Positions 30,281-39,340 of a DNA stretch of 64,000 bases are shown here, piece after piece. Position numbers and translations under genes: made by a program. The stretch's first letter is position 1, and every line of letters begins with the position of its first letter. This DNA comes from Pseudomonadota bacterium. Lineage in GTDB: Bacteria; Desulfobacterota; Desulfobacteria; Desulfobacterales; UBA2156. Under the pieces are notes generated by a model, which ran no database searches, had not been told where the DNA came from, and saw only the letters and a list, made by a program, of their open reading frames with translations. The stretch spans positions 4,546-68,545 of the forward strand of contig JAZDGS010000051.1 in the NCBI GenBank assembly GCA_043806755.1. Direction: 5' to 3'.

Positions 30281-31629
30281 AAGAGGCTCCTCTTTTTGAT
30301 ATCGTCATAACCAACGGGATGGTGTTAACCATGGACGGCCATGGCACCCAAATCTCCAATGGAGCCGTTGCCGTTTTCGGTTCCACCATCGCGTTTGTCG
30401 GAAAATCATCGGATCTCCCTCAAAAAACCGCAGTGCAAGTCATCGATGCAAAAGGGGGGATCGTCATGCCCGGACTGGTCAACACCCACACGCACCTTCC
30501 GATGTCCATTTTCAGAGGGCTTGCCGATGATCTGCCGCTCGATGCCTGGCTCAACCATTACATTTTCCCGGCTGAAAAACGGCACATCCGCCCGGAAACG
30601 GTGCGAATCGGGACCCTGTTATCCTGCTGCGAAATGCTGTTGTCAGGAACAACCACCTGTTGCGATGGATATTTTTATGAGGATAACGTCGCCGGCGCCA
30701 TGCTCGAGACGGGTCTTCGCGGTGTGCTCGGGCAAGGGGTGATCGACTTTCCGGCGCCGGGCATTCCGGACCCCCGGCAGCATATCCCCGCCGCCGTCGC
30801 TTTTATTCAAAAATGGATAAACGCCTATCCCACCGTAACCCCTTCCATTTTCTGCCACTCCCCCTATACGTGTTCGAAAAAGACGTTGGTGCGGGCAAAA
30901 TCAGCGGCAAGGGATCATGGAGTTTTGTTTCAAATCCATGCAGCGGAAATCAAGACCGAATGGGAACGGATTAACGCCATACATCAGACCACTCCCATCC
31001 GGTATCTCGATCAGCTGGGGCTGTTGGATGAACAGACCCTACTCGTTCATGCGGTATGGCTCGATGATGAAGACATCACGGTCATCGCGGAAAGAAGGGC
31101 GACGGTTTCTCACAACCCGGAAAGCAATATGAAGCTTGCCTCAGGAATCGCTCCGATTCCCCGGCTGCTGAAAGCCGGTGCAACGGTGGGGCTGGGGACC
31201 GACGGTTGCGCGAGCAACAACAATCTGGATCTTTTTTGCGAGATGGATGTTGCGGCAAAGCTGCATAAAGTCAGCGCATTGGATTCAACCCTCATGGATG
31301 CTGAAACGGTGGTCAGAATGGCCACCATCGACGGCGCCAGAGCCATCGGCCTAAACAAAAGGATCGGCTCCATCGAAATAGGGAAAGATGCGGATCTGAT
31401 CGTATTAAACGCCCGAACCCCCAGGCTCCTGCCGGCATATCATCCGTTTTCCCTGATCGTATATTCGGCTTTAGGCCCTGATGTGCGCCATGTGATCATC
31501 GACGGAAAACCGGTTGTTCGGGATGGGGTACTTCTTACGGTCGACATTGAGGAGATCATGGATCAGGCCGCCTCATTGGGTGAAACGATCCGAAAAAGCC
31601 TATTATCGCCTCAATGGCAGAACAAATAA
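30277..31629 (+). CDS. mtaD: 5'-methylthioadenosine/S-adenosylhomocysteine deaminase (amidohydrolase superfamily)
   Basis: 450 aa, ..MPGLVNTHTHLPMS.., ..HAAE.., ..GTDGCASNNNLD.., the metal-binding signature of MtaD-type deaminases. Confidence 0.8.
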   Translation: MKEAPLFDIVITNGMVLTMDGHGTQISNGAVAVFGSTIAFVGKSSDLPQKTAVQVIDAKGGIVMPGLVNTHTHLPMSIFRGLADDLPLDAWLNHYIFPAEKRHIRPETVRIGTLLSCCEMLLSGTTTCCDGYFYEDNVAGAMLETGLRGVLGQGVIDFPAPGIPDPRQHIPAAVAFIQKWINAYPTVTPSIFCHSPYTCSKKTLVRAKSAARDHGVLFQIHAAEIKTEWERINAIHQTTPIRYLDQLGLLDEQTLLVHAVWLDDEDITVIAERRATVSHNPESNMKLASGIAPIPRLLKAGATVGLGTDGCASNNNLDLFCEMDVAAKLHKVSALDSTLMDAETVVRMATIDGARAIGLNKRIGSIEIGKDADLIVLNARTPRLLPAYHPFSLIVYSALGPDVRHVIIDGKPVVRDGVLLTVDIEEIMDQAASLGETIRKSLLSPQWQNK

Positions 31630-31692
31630 CCGATTTGCCGGCTGAAAACGGCGGCCGTATCCAGCTCTTGTTTCTTACCCCTGAACCCCTGA

Positions 31693-31709
31693 ATCCGCCG
31701 GAGGCGGAT
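31693..31709. repeat. REP-like GC hairpin (B-type) between convergent mtaD and apt; probable bidirectional terminator
   Basis: ATCCGCC-GGA-GGCGGAT. The same CCGCCGGAGGCGGA core occurs at 59784-59798 and a variant at 43570-43582. It is preceded by TACCCCTGAACCCCTGAA, which resembles TACCCTTGAACCCTTG at 20123. Confidence 0.5.
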
Positions 31710-31767
31710 CACTCTTTGAATCTTTGACCCTTTTCTTCCAATTCATTTGAAAAAAAACGGCTTTTAC

Positions 31768-32289
31768 TTATTCCCCTTCGAATTCGGTGAGGGTAAAGGT
31801 TTTGTATTCTTTAATCATCTCCCACCCTTTAAGATCCGGAAGCCCGATTAAAAATGCGCATTCCACGACCTCGCCTCCCAGTTTTTCCACCAGTTTGGTG
31901 GCGGCTGAAATCGTTCCTCCGGTTGCAATCAGATCGTCGATAATCAAGACCCGGTCTCCCTTCTGAACGGCATCTTCGTGAATCTCAACGGTAGAGGTTC
32001 CATATTCGAGGGTGTATTCCGCACTGACGGTTTTATAGGGGAGCTTCCCTTTCTTCCGGATTGGAACAAATCCGACATTTAACTGATATGCCAGTACCGC
32101 TCCAAAAATAAACCCCCTGGCATCGATTCCCGCCACCTTGTCGATCTTCATGTCCTTGTATCGCTCGTAGAATCGGTCGCACGCCGCTTTAAACGAGACG
32201 GGATTTTGCAAAAGGGTGGTGATGTCCCTAAACATCACGCCTTTTATTGGCCAGTGGGGGATCGTCCGGATTGCGTTTTTTAAATCCAT
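31768..32289 (-). CDS. apt: Adenine phosphoribosyltransferase
   Basis: 173 aa, ..[13 protein letters not shown].., the PRPP-binding motif. Confidence 0.95.
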   Translation of the reverse strand: MDLKNAIRTIPHWPIKGVMFRDITTLLQNPVSFKAACDRFYERYKDMKIDKVAGIDARGFIFGAVLAYQLNVGFVPIRKKGKLPYKTVSAEYTLEYGTSTVEIHEDAVQKGDRVLIIDDLIATGGTISAATKLVEKLGGEVVECAFLIGLPDLKGWEMIKEYKTFTLTEFEGE

Positions 32290-32299
32290 GGGTCAAACC

Positions 32300-33046
32300 T
32301 CATTTGATTTTGGTTATGGCGTTGATCAACAGCATTTTAACGTTTTGCGCATTCTGATGAAAAACTCTCAGGATTTCTTCCCAGGAGACCGGGACTTCAT
32401 CCTCTTTCCAGCAATCGTAATCCGTAGACATGGCGACGCATGCGTATGGTATGTTCACTTCATTGGCCAAAGCGGCCTCCGTTGCAATGGACATATTAAT
32501 AATGTCGCCTCCCCAGATTCGAAACATTTTTGATTCGGCTCTCGTGGAGAAGCGCGGGCCTTCTATGGTAACCACCGTCCCTTTGAAATGGGTCCGGAAA
32601 CCGAACTCCATGGATGCTTCATAAAGAACCTTTCGCAACTGGGGATCAAAAGGATCGGCCATGGCCGTATGATATGTCCCGGCCTCAAACGATTCGAAAA
32701 ACGTTGATTTCCGATGCCGGGTGAAATCGATGAATTGATCGACGATGACAAAATCTCCCCTTCCGATTTCTTCTTTGAGGCTGCCGCACGCGGTGGTGGA
32801 GATGATATGTGTCGCCCCCTGTTCTTTTAGGGCCCATATATTGGCCCTGGAATTGACCTGCGTCGGGCTGAATTGGTGTCGCCTTCCATGCCTTGAAAGA
32901 AGCATCACCTCATTACCACCGATATGCCCAAGGGAAATGGATGAAGAGGGTACGCCATAAGGGGTTTCGACTTCCAGCTCCGAGGATCGCTTGAAAATAT
33001 CCGGATCATCCAACCCTGATCCGCCGATAATCCCGACTTTTACCAT
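32300..33046 (-). CDS. mtnP: S-methyl-5'-thioadenosine phosphorylase
   Basis: I start it at ATG 33046 (MVKVGIIGGSGLDD), which has AGGAG upstream. The track's 33202 start adds 52 implausible residues. ..LSRHGRRHQFSPTQVNSRANIWALK... Confidence 0.9.
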   Translation of the reverse strand: MVKVGIIGGSGLDDPDIFKRSSELEVETPYGVPSSSISLGHIGGNEVMLLSRHGRRHQFSPTQVNSRANIWALKEQGATHIISTTACGSLKEEIGRGDFVIVDQFIDFTRHRKSTFFESFEAGTYHTAMADPFDPQLRKVLYEASMEFGFRTHFKGTVVTIEGPRFSTRAESKMFRIWGGDIINMSIATEAALANEVNIPYACVAMSTDYDCWKEDEVPVSWEEILRVFHQNAQNVKMLLINAITKIK

Positions 33047-33299
33047 AACCGCTCCTGAAATATTCTTTCTCCCAAAATGTCTGGTATGATACCAAAAGAT
33101 CATCCGAAAGTCAATATAGGCCCTCTTGCTCCTTGAACAACCGCCGTAACAATCGTTTGATGACCTGTAATAAATCTGTTTGTTGTTGACCCCAAGCGGC
33201 ATGTACGGTAATTAAATAAGATATCATGAAGGTTAAGCATTGATCAGGAAAATCCCGTTGAAATGAATTGCTGAAAAACCGGTTGAAAAGTAAGCTTCT

Positions 33300-33473
33300 T
33301 TGAATCGACTTCCGATCTTCATCATTCGCGCCATTTTAGGATGTGTCTTTGCCGTTGTACTCACCCGAATGTTTTTTGGCCGGACAGACCCTTTTCTCGC
33401 GGGTGGACTGGCGGTCCTCCTGGTCGGAATGGCATATGTCACGGAGTATCTGAGGAACCGAAACAAACCTTAG
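33300..33473 (+). CDS. Possible 57-aa two-helix membrane protein upstream of selB
   Basis: Below the track cut-off. TTG start directly after an in-frame TAA. Translation: (M)NRLPIFIIRAILGCVFAVVLTRMFFGRTDPFLAGGLAVLLVGMAYVTEYLRNRNKP. It has two clean hydrophobic helices and a basic C-tail. The RBS is weak. The 77-aa minus ORF 33233..33466 is its antisense shadow. Confidence 0.35.
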   Translation: MNRLPIFIIRAILGCVFAVVLTRMFFGRTDPFLAGGLAVLLVGMAYVTEYLRNRNKP

Positions 33474-33527
33474 CCCGGGTTACGCACACGGATGATCGAT
33501 GCTTGATACCATAGGAGCGTTCCTCAT

Positions 33528-35447
33528 TTGAAACAGATTATATTAGGAACCGCCGGCCACATTGATCACGGTAAAACCAGCCTGATCAAAGCCCTCACCG
33601 GAATCGACACGGATCGGCTCAAGGAAGAAAAAGAGCGCGGCATCACCATTGAATTGGGATTTGCCTCCCTGGATCTCCCCACCGGAGAGCGCTTGGGGAT
33701 CGTGGATGTCCCCGGGCACGAAAAATTTGTTAAAAATATGGTTGCAGGCGCCACAGGGATCGATATGGTCGCCATGGTGATCGCAGCGGATGAAGGGATC
33801 ATGCCCCAAACCGTCGAGCATATGGAAATATGTTCGCTGCTGGGGATTCGGTACGGCGTTGTGACGTTGACCAAAATCGATCTGGTGGATGCCGAATGGC
33901 TGGACCTGGTCCAAGAAGAGGTCCGGGATTTTGTTCGGGGAACGTTTTTGGAAAACGCCCCCATCGTGCCGGTCTCTTCTTCCACCGGCCAGGGGCTTGA
34001 CGTGTTTGTCAAGACTTTGGGCGAGTTGAGCGGAAAGATCCCGCTCCGCCCCCCTTCGAGTCTGCTCCGCATTCCCATTGACCGGGTCTTTATCATGAAA
34101 GGATTCGGTACGGTCATTACGGGGACTCTTATTTCCGGGTTCGTTACTGCCGGTGAGCCGGTTATGATTTACCCTTCGAGCATTTCTTCAAAGGTCCGCG
34201 GAATCCAGGTTCATAACCAGTCCGTCGAAAGGGCCGAGGCCGGGATGCGTACGGCGATCAACCTCCAGGGAGTGGAAAAAACGATGATTAACCGCGGGGA
34301 TGTGATCGCCCGGCCGGAAACTCTGAAACCGACCTATATGATTGACGTGATGTTTCATTTTCTGAAAAGCAATGCGAAACCGGTCAAAAACCGGACCCGA
34401 ATCCGGTTTCATACAGGTACGAGCGAAGTGCTTGGGAACCTGATCCTCCTCGAAACCGACGAGCTTCCCCCGGGACAGACAGCGGCAGCTCAAATTCGCC
34501 TTGACGCTCCGATTGCTGCCGTAAAGGATGATCGATATGTGGTTCGAAGCTATTCTCCGGTCCGGACCATCGGCGGCGGGCAGATCCTCAACCCCATCCC
34601 TCCCAAACATAAACGATTTAAAGCCGATATCGTCGACGGACTAAAACGGATCGCTTCTGATCCGCCCGCCGAGGTCATCCTCCATCATATCCGTCAATCC
34701 GACTATGACGGTATTTCGTTTTCCGATCTGTTGATCATGACCAATACCCAGGAAAAGAAACTCGAAAACATTCTTCAGGGGCTTCTTTCACAGCGGCGTA
34801 TCCTTTTATCGGATAAGGAAACCCGGATCTATATCCACTCGGACGTTTTTAAAACGTTAAAAGAAAAAATCATCAACTATTTAAAGGGATACCATGACCT
34901 GTTCCCCTTGAAAACCGGAATGTCCAAGGAAGAGCTCAGATCCAAATTCCCTCAACATCTTGAGGCAAAGGTTTTTAATCTTGCGATCCAGCAAATGATT
35001 CTCGAGAAATCGATCCAACAAGAGGAGCAAGCGCTTCGTGTGGCCTCCCATGTGGTGATGCTTGGAAAAAACCAGGCGGCGATTCGAAAAAAAATTCTCG
35101 ACATGTATTGCCACAGCTTCCTGACTCCACCCTATTTTACGGAGCTTGTTAAAGACCTGGATCTCAATCCGAAGCATGGATCAGACATCCTCATGGTTCT
35201 TGTTGACGAAGGCGAGCTGATTAAGGTAAAAGAAGATCTTTTTTTCCATACCAGTGCCATAAATGACTTGAAAAAAAGACTCGTTGATTTTCTTGAACAG
35301 AACCGGGAAATGACAACTCCTCAGTTTAAGGAGCTGGCCGGCGTTTCCAGAAAATACCTCATCCCGTTGATCGAGTATTTCGACCTAAAACACATCACCA
35401 TCCGGATCGGCGATATTCGAAAGCTTCGAACCAAAGCCACCAATTAG
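33528..35447 (+). CDS. selB: Selenocysteine-specific translation elongation factor SelB
   Basis: 639 aa. The GTPase domain reads [28 protein letters not shown] long C-terminal winged-helix extension is typical of SelB. TTG start. Confidence 0.9.
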   Translation: MKQIILGTAGHIDHGKTSLIKALTGIDTDRLKEEKERGITIELGFASLDLPTGERLGIVDVPGHEKFVKNMVAGATGIDMVAMVIAADEGIMPQTVEHMEICSLLGIRYGVVTLTKIDLVDAEWLDLVQEEVRDFVRGTFLENAPIVPVSSSTGQGLDVFVKTLGELSGKIPLRPPSSLLRIPIDRVFIMKGFGTVITGTLISGFVTAGEPVMIYPSSISSKVRGIQVHNQSVERAEAGMRTAINLQGVEKTMINRGDVIARPETLKPTYMIDVMFHFLKSNAKPVKNRTRIRFHTGTSEVLGNLILLETDELPPGQTAAAQIRLDAPIAAVKDDRYVVRSYSPVRTIGGGQILNPIPPKHKRFKADIVDGLKRIASDPPAEVILHHIRQSDYDGISFSDLLIMTNTQEKKLENILQGLLSQRRILLSDKETRIYIHSDVFKTLKEKIINYLKGYHDLFPLKTGMSKEELRSKFPQHLEAKVFNLAIQQMILEKSIQQEEQALRVASHVVMLGKNQAAIRKKILDMYCHSFLTPPYFTELVKDLDLNPKHGSDILMVLVDEGELIKVKEDLFFHTSAINDLKKRLVDFLEQNREMTTPQFKELAGVSRKYLIPLIEYFDLKHITIRIGDIRKLRTKATN

Positions 35448-35463
35448 AAAGACGGCAAATATC

Positions 35464-36582
35464 ATGGAAGATTTTGAAAAGAGCGGAAATGAAGAGGGCT
35501 GGCGACCGGGATTCAAGCGCTTCGTGACAAAGCGCGCCATTGTGGGGGTCCTTTTGACGGTTGTCGTTCTATGGATCGCCGGGTCGATGATCGGGTTCTT
35601 TCAGAAGCCGAAAACCCAAGGCCAAAAAGAGATCGCTAAAAGAGAAACGGAAAAGGTGGCCGGACCTATTACGATTCCTGAAAAATCCCATGAATCCTCT
35701 CCGGAGCATGTTGCTCTGGAGCAACAACAGGAATCACCCCGGGAAATCGGTCATTCGCCGACATCCGAAACCGAAACGAAAAGCGCTTCAAAAGCACACG
35801 AGGCGCTTCATCCGCCCAAGCGTTTCTTTCCTGCAAAAGGGATGGCCTTTGTGGATGCCCTGATCAAACCCCTTGAATATGAACTGAAAGAACGGTTTTG
35901 GGGGTGGCGGCCCAACGACCTTTTCCGTTTCACCGACAACGTCAATACGTTTCAACTCGGAGTTTTGGAAGTTACCCGGCGGAGCACGGTCATTCTGGCG
36001 GAACGGGTTTCCCGGACCGGCAGCGCCGAAGCGTTTGATAAAAACCTGGAAAACGCCATGAACTGGTTTATGATCAAGCCCAATAAATACTGGTTCCCGT
36101 CGGCTGAATCCAAATACAAGATGGGGCTTGAGGAATTAAGGATTTATTTTAAGAAACTCGAAATAGGACAGGCCGCGTTCTATACCCGAACCGATAATCT
36201 GATCCCATTGCTGATCGCATATGAAGACCTTTTGGGAAGCTGTGATGAGAATCTGGTCAAGCAGAAGGAAAAGGACGGTCAACCGGTCTCCCACTTTATG
36301 GCAGACGATTATTTCTTTTACGCAAAAGGGGTTGCCGGCACGTTATTGACCATCCTCGAAGCAGTGCAGGCGGATTTCAATGAGATTGTGGAATCCCGGA
36401 AAGGAACGGAAGTCCTTCATCATGCTATTGAATCGTGTCTTATCGCCATAAAAATCGATCCCTGGATTGTTACCAACAGCAGCCTGAGCAGTATTTTTGC
36501 CAACCATCGCGCTAATATGGCGGCACCGATCAGCCACGCACGGTTTTATATGGGAGTTTTAATAAAAACATTATCCACGTAA
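35464..36582 (+). CDS. Hypothetical N-terminally anchored protein (possibly DUF2333-like, low certainty)
   Basis: 372 aa with a single N-terminal TM helix (AIVGVLLTVVVLWIAGSMIGFF), then a low-complexity linker and a globular domain. It starts 16 nt after selB. Confidence 0.6.
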   Translation: MEDFEKSGNEEGWRPGFKRFVTKRAIVGVLLTVVVLWIAGSMIGFFQKPKTQGQKEIAKRETEKVAGPITIPEKSHESSPEHVALEQQQESPREIGHSPTSETETKSASKAHEALHPPKRFFPAKGMAFVDALIKPLEYELKERFWGWRPNDLFRFTDNVNTFQLGVLEVTRRSTVILAERVSRTGSAEAFDKNLENAMNWFMIKPNKYWFPSAESKYKMGLEELRIYFKKLEIGQAAFYTRTDNLIPLLIAYEDLLGSCDENLVKQKEKDGQPVSHFMADDYFFYAKGVAGTLLTILEAVQADFNEIVESRKGTEVLHHAIESCLIAIKIDPWIVTNSSLSSIFANHRANMAAPISHARFYMGVLIKTLST

Positions 36583-36602
36583 TTTTTCAAGGCATCCGAA
36601 GG

Positions 36603-36700
36603 GTGGTGTCAAATCTTGATTTTTGATTTTAGGCTGTCGAGCTTATTCCTCTAACGTATATAGATGTCAATGAAAATCAAAAATCAAGATTTGACACCAC
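36603..36700. repeat. Perfect 28-bp inverted repeat with 42-nt spacer between convergent genes
   Basis: GTGGTGTCAAATCTTGATTTTTGATTTT (36603-36630) and its exact reverse complement AAAATCAAAAATCAAGATTTGACACCAC (36673-36700). Confidence 0.9.
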
Positions 36701-36705
36701 TATCC

Positions 36706-37884
36706 TCAAAGCGGGGGAACGCAATCCGCAATCCGTTGGCAGATGCTTTCGTGGAAAAGCATCCCATCTGTGGTGAGTGCGCAAGACTCAGTCGTCACTT
36801 GAATCATCTTCTGTTTCAAAAGAGGGGGGATCGCTTCTGAAAAGGTCGAAAAAAACGGAATCCCTGTCATTTTTTCAAACGATTCCACTGAAATTCCTTC
36901 TCTCTTCCGAAGTCCCAAATAGATCGCCTCGAGCGCCTGCTGGTCTCTTGATAACGTCTCTTTTCCGGCTAAAGGACGCTTTTCTAAAGAAAGCTGACGG
37001 ATATACTCTTCAAGACTTCTGCAGTTCCAGGATCTCTCATATCCATTAAATGAATGGGCTGCCGGGCCAAGTCCGATGTAATGGGCAAAATTCCAGTATT
37101 TCTGATTATGCCTGGACCGGACAAAAGGGGCAAACTCATTCTTTTTTCCGGCAAAATTGGAAATCTCGTAATGTTCAAAACCGCGTTTCTCAAGATGCGA
37201 ATCGGTTTTCAGAAAAAGTCGGGCCGCCTGTTTTTCCGGCATTTTACGGATTTTTTTTTCACGAAGATCGGCATGCAGGAGGGTCCCCGGTTCATATGTC
37301 AGCAGGTAACAGGAGAGATGATCCGGCATAAATTCCACCCCCCTTTCAAGATCGGACAGCCAGCTTTCTATCGTCTGCCCTGGAATGCCATATATCAAAT
37401 CGAGTCCCAAACTATCGTACCCGGCATGTCGAGCCCATCGGATGGCATCTGCGGCATCGTGTTGATCATGCAGGCGCCCCAGAAAGGCAAGGTGATGATC
37501 GTTGAAGGATTGAACACCGATATTAACCCGGGTGACGCCGGCCTGACGATACTCCAAAAGGCTTTTCTTATTCACTGTTTTGGGATTGATCTCAAGGGTG
37601 ATTTCCGCATCCGCAAGCAAATCGAATTTGCTCCGGCATGCTTCAAGGATCTGATGGATCCCAGTGGGGGAGATCACCGAAGGGGTCCCTCCGCCAAAAT
37701 AAATCGAATCAAAAGCGGGAAAACCCATATCGGATTGTAAACGGATTTCGGTTGCAAGGGCTTTTAGAAAAGATGGTATTAAACTCAGGTCGGTAATGGA
37801 ATAGAAGTCACAATAACGGCATTTTTTACGGCAAAAGGGGATATGAATATAGAGCCCCGGCCGCAGGCTTTGATTCTGTTGCAT
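36706..37884 (-). CDS. hemW: Radical SAM heme chaperone HemW (HemN-like, coproporphyrinogen III oxidase family)
   Basis: 392 aa, ..LYIHIPFCRKKCRYCDF.. (CxxxCxxC), ..GGGTPS... Confidence 0.85.
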   Translation of the reverse strand: MQQNQSLRPGLYIHIPFCRKKCRYCDFYSITDLSLIPSFLKALATEIRLQSDMGFPAFDSIYFGGGTPSVISPTGIHQILEACRSKFDLLADAEITLEINPKTVNKKSLLEYRQAGVTRVNIGVQSFNDHHLAFLGRLHDQHDAADAIRWARHAGYDSLGLDLIYGIPGQTIESWLSDLERGVEFMPDHLSCYLLTYEPGTLLHADLREKKIRKMPEKQAARLFLKTDSHLEKRGFEHYEISNFAGKKNEFAPFVRSRHNQKYWNFAHYIGLGPAAHSFNGYERSWNCRSLEEYIRQLSLEKRPLAGKETLSRDQQALEAIYLGLRKREGISVESFEKMTGIPFFSTFSEAIPPLLKQKMIQVTTESCALTTDGMLFHESICQRIADCVPPL

Positions 37885-37919
37885 GGTATTCTACAGCACG
37901 GGTGCCGGCGTTGATGATT

Positions 37920-38465
37920 TCACGTTCCGATCGATTGCCCCATTTCCAGCCCCAGTTCGAGAGCCTTTTGGTTGATGTTGATAAAGCCGCTCGGTATCCG
38001 GTCCTCCAAAACCTTCATGACCGATTCGGGCTTCACAATACCGGTCAACCCCACCACGGCGCCCAGCATGCAGATATTGAATACAATCGGTTTTCCGATC
38101 CTTTCCATAACCGATTGATACATCGGCAGCTCTTTCTGCTGAGCATCCACCTTGCTTTGGGTTTTCACATAACGGGTATCGGTGATGAGCAACCCCCCTG
38201 GCCGGATGATGGAATAGAACCGGTTGTACGCCTCCTGGGTCAAACAGACCAGAACATTCGGTTCGGTCACTTTTGGGAAAAAAATTTCGGAATCCCATAT
38301 GATGACATCGGATCGGGTCGCCCCTCCCCTGGCCTCCGGCCCATACGACTGGGACTGAACAGCTACGAGATTCTCATAAAGCACTGCCGCTTCTGCGAGA
38401 ATGATGGCCGCCGTTACGATTCCTTGCCCCCCTGAACCTGAAAAAATCATTCTGCACCGTTCCAT
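37920..38465 (-). CDS. korG: 2-oxoglutarate/2-oxoacid:ferredoxin oxidoreductase gamma subunit
   Basis: I start it at ATG 38465 (MERCRMIFSGSGGQGIVTAAIILAEAA). The track's 38606 start overlaps korB. Confidence 0.85.
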   Translation of the reverse strand: MERCRMIFSGSGGQGIVTAAIILAEAAVLYENLVAVQSQSYGPEARGGATRSDVIIWDSEIFFPKVTEPNVLVCLTQEAYNRFYSIIRPGGLLITDTRYVKTQSKVDAQQKELPMYQSVMERIGKPIVFNICMLGAVVGLTGIVKPESVMKVLEDRIPSGFININQKALELGLEMGQSIGT

Positions 38466-38514
38466 GCCTCGCCCCCTCGACCCGTTATATCCTTGAACCC
38501 TCAAGACATCCCGC

Positions 38515-39336
38515 TTATGGGATGGGAGTCGACTCTGATCGACCCATCGCCCGTTCGATGATCTTATCATATTCCTTGCAGTATTCAGGCATCTCTTTTT
38601 GAACAAAGACTCCCCGCTCGATCAGAGCCGGATTTTCCTTCTTGGCTTTGGATCCGATCTGCGTTGTCTGATTTTTATAATGGGTCATCATATCCACAGC
38701 GCTGCCCATTTTATTTTTCCGACCGAAATAGGTCGGGCATTGGGAAAGGACTTCCACCACTGAAAAGCCCTCGTGCAGGATCGCCTGCTGAAGGAGATCA
38801 ATCAACTGGTGAACATGAAAAGTGGTGGTTCGTGCCACGAAGGTCGCTCCTGCTGCAACGGAAAGGTCAACTACGTCGAAATCATGGTCGATATTGGAGA
38901 ACGGAGCGGTTGTGGCCATGGTTCCGTATCCGGACAGCGGGGAGTACTGACCGCCGGTCATGCCGTAAATTCGATTGTTCATGATGATGGCAGTCATCTC
39001 GATATTCCGCCGGGCCGCATGGATAAAATGGTTCCCACCGATGGCCAGGGCGTCCCCGTCTCCCATGGGAACGATGACGTTTAATGAGGGCAAACCGAGT
39101 TTAAGGCCGGTGGCAAATGCGAGTGCACGGCCGTGGATGGTATGCAAGGTATGGAAATCAACATACCCGGATATTCGGGAGGAACATCCGATCCCGGATA
39201 CCATCGCGATCTCGTTTTTGCTCAGCCCGAGTTTTTCGATGGCCCGGATCAGTGCGTTCAAAACGATCCCGTGGCCACAACCCGGACACCAGAGATGAGG
39301 GAAAAAACGCTCCCTGATATAGTCCTTAACCGGCAT
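38515..39336 (-). CDS. korB: 2-oxoglutarate:ferredoxin oxidoreductase beta (TPP-binding) subunit
   Basis: 273 aa, ..WCPGCGHG.., ..GDGDALAIGGNH.. (TPP motif). Confidence 0.9.
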   Translation of the reverse strand: MPVKDYIRERFFPHLWCPGCGHGIVLNALIRAIEKLGLSKNEIAMVSGIGCSSRISGYVDFHTLHTIHGRALAFATGLKLGLPSLNVIVPMGDGDALAIGGNHFIHAARRNIEMTAIIMNNRIYGMTGGQYSPLSGYGTMATTAPFSNIDHDFDVVDLSVAAGATFVARTTTFHVHQLIDLLQQAILHEGFSVVEVLSQCPTYFGRKNKMGSAVDMMTHYKNQTTQIGSKAKKENPALIERGVFVQKEMPEYCKEYDKIIERAMGRSESTPIP

Positions 39337-39340
39337 CCTC

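Noticed and set aside
33203-35463. tRNA-Sec (selC) or selA adjacent to selB
   Set aside because: The flanks of selB have no sequence with a UCA anticodon stem-loop in a ~95-nt cloverleaf context. The neighbouring ORFs are not SelA-like.
36631-36672. Spacer of the 28-bp inverted repeat considered as a dif/Xer recombination site (contains ACGTATATAGATGTCAATG)
   Set aside because: Only about 6/11 matches to the XerD arm of the proteobacterial dif consensus, and no recognisable XerC arm. The resemblance is limited to an AT-rich centre.
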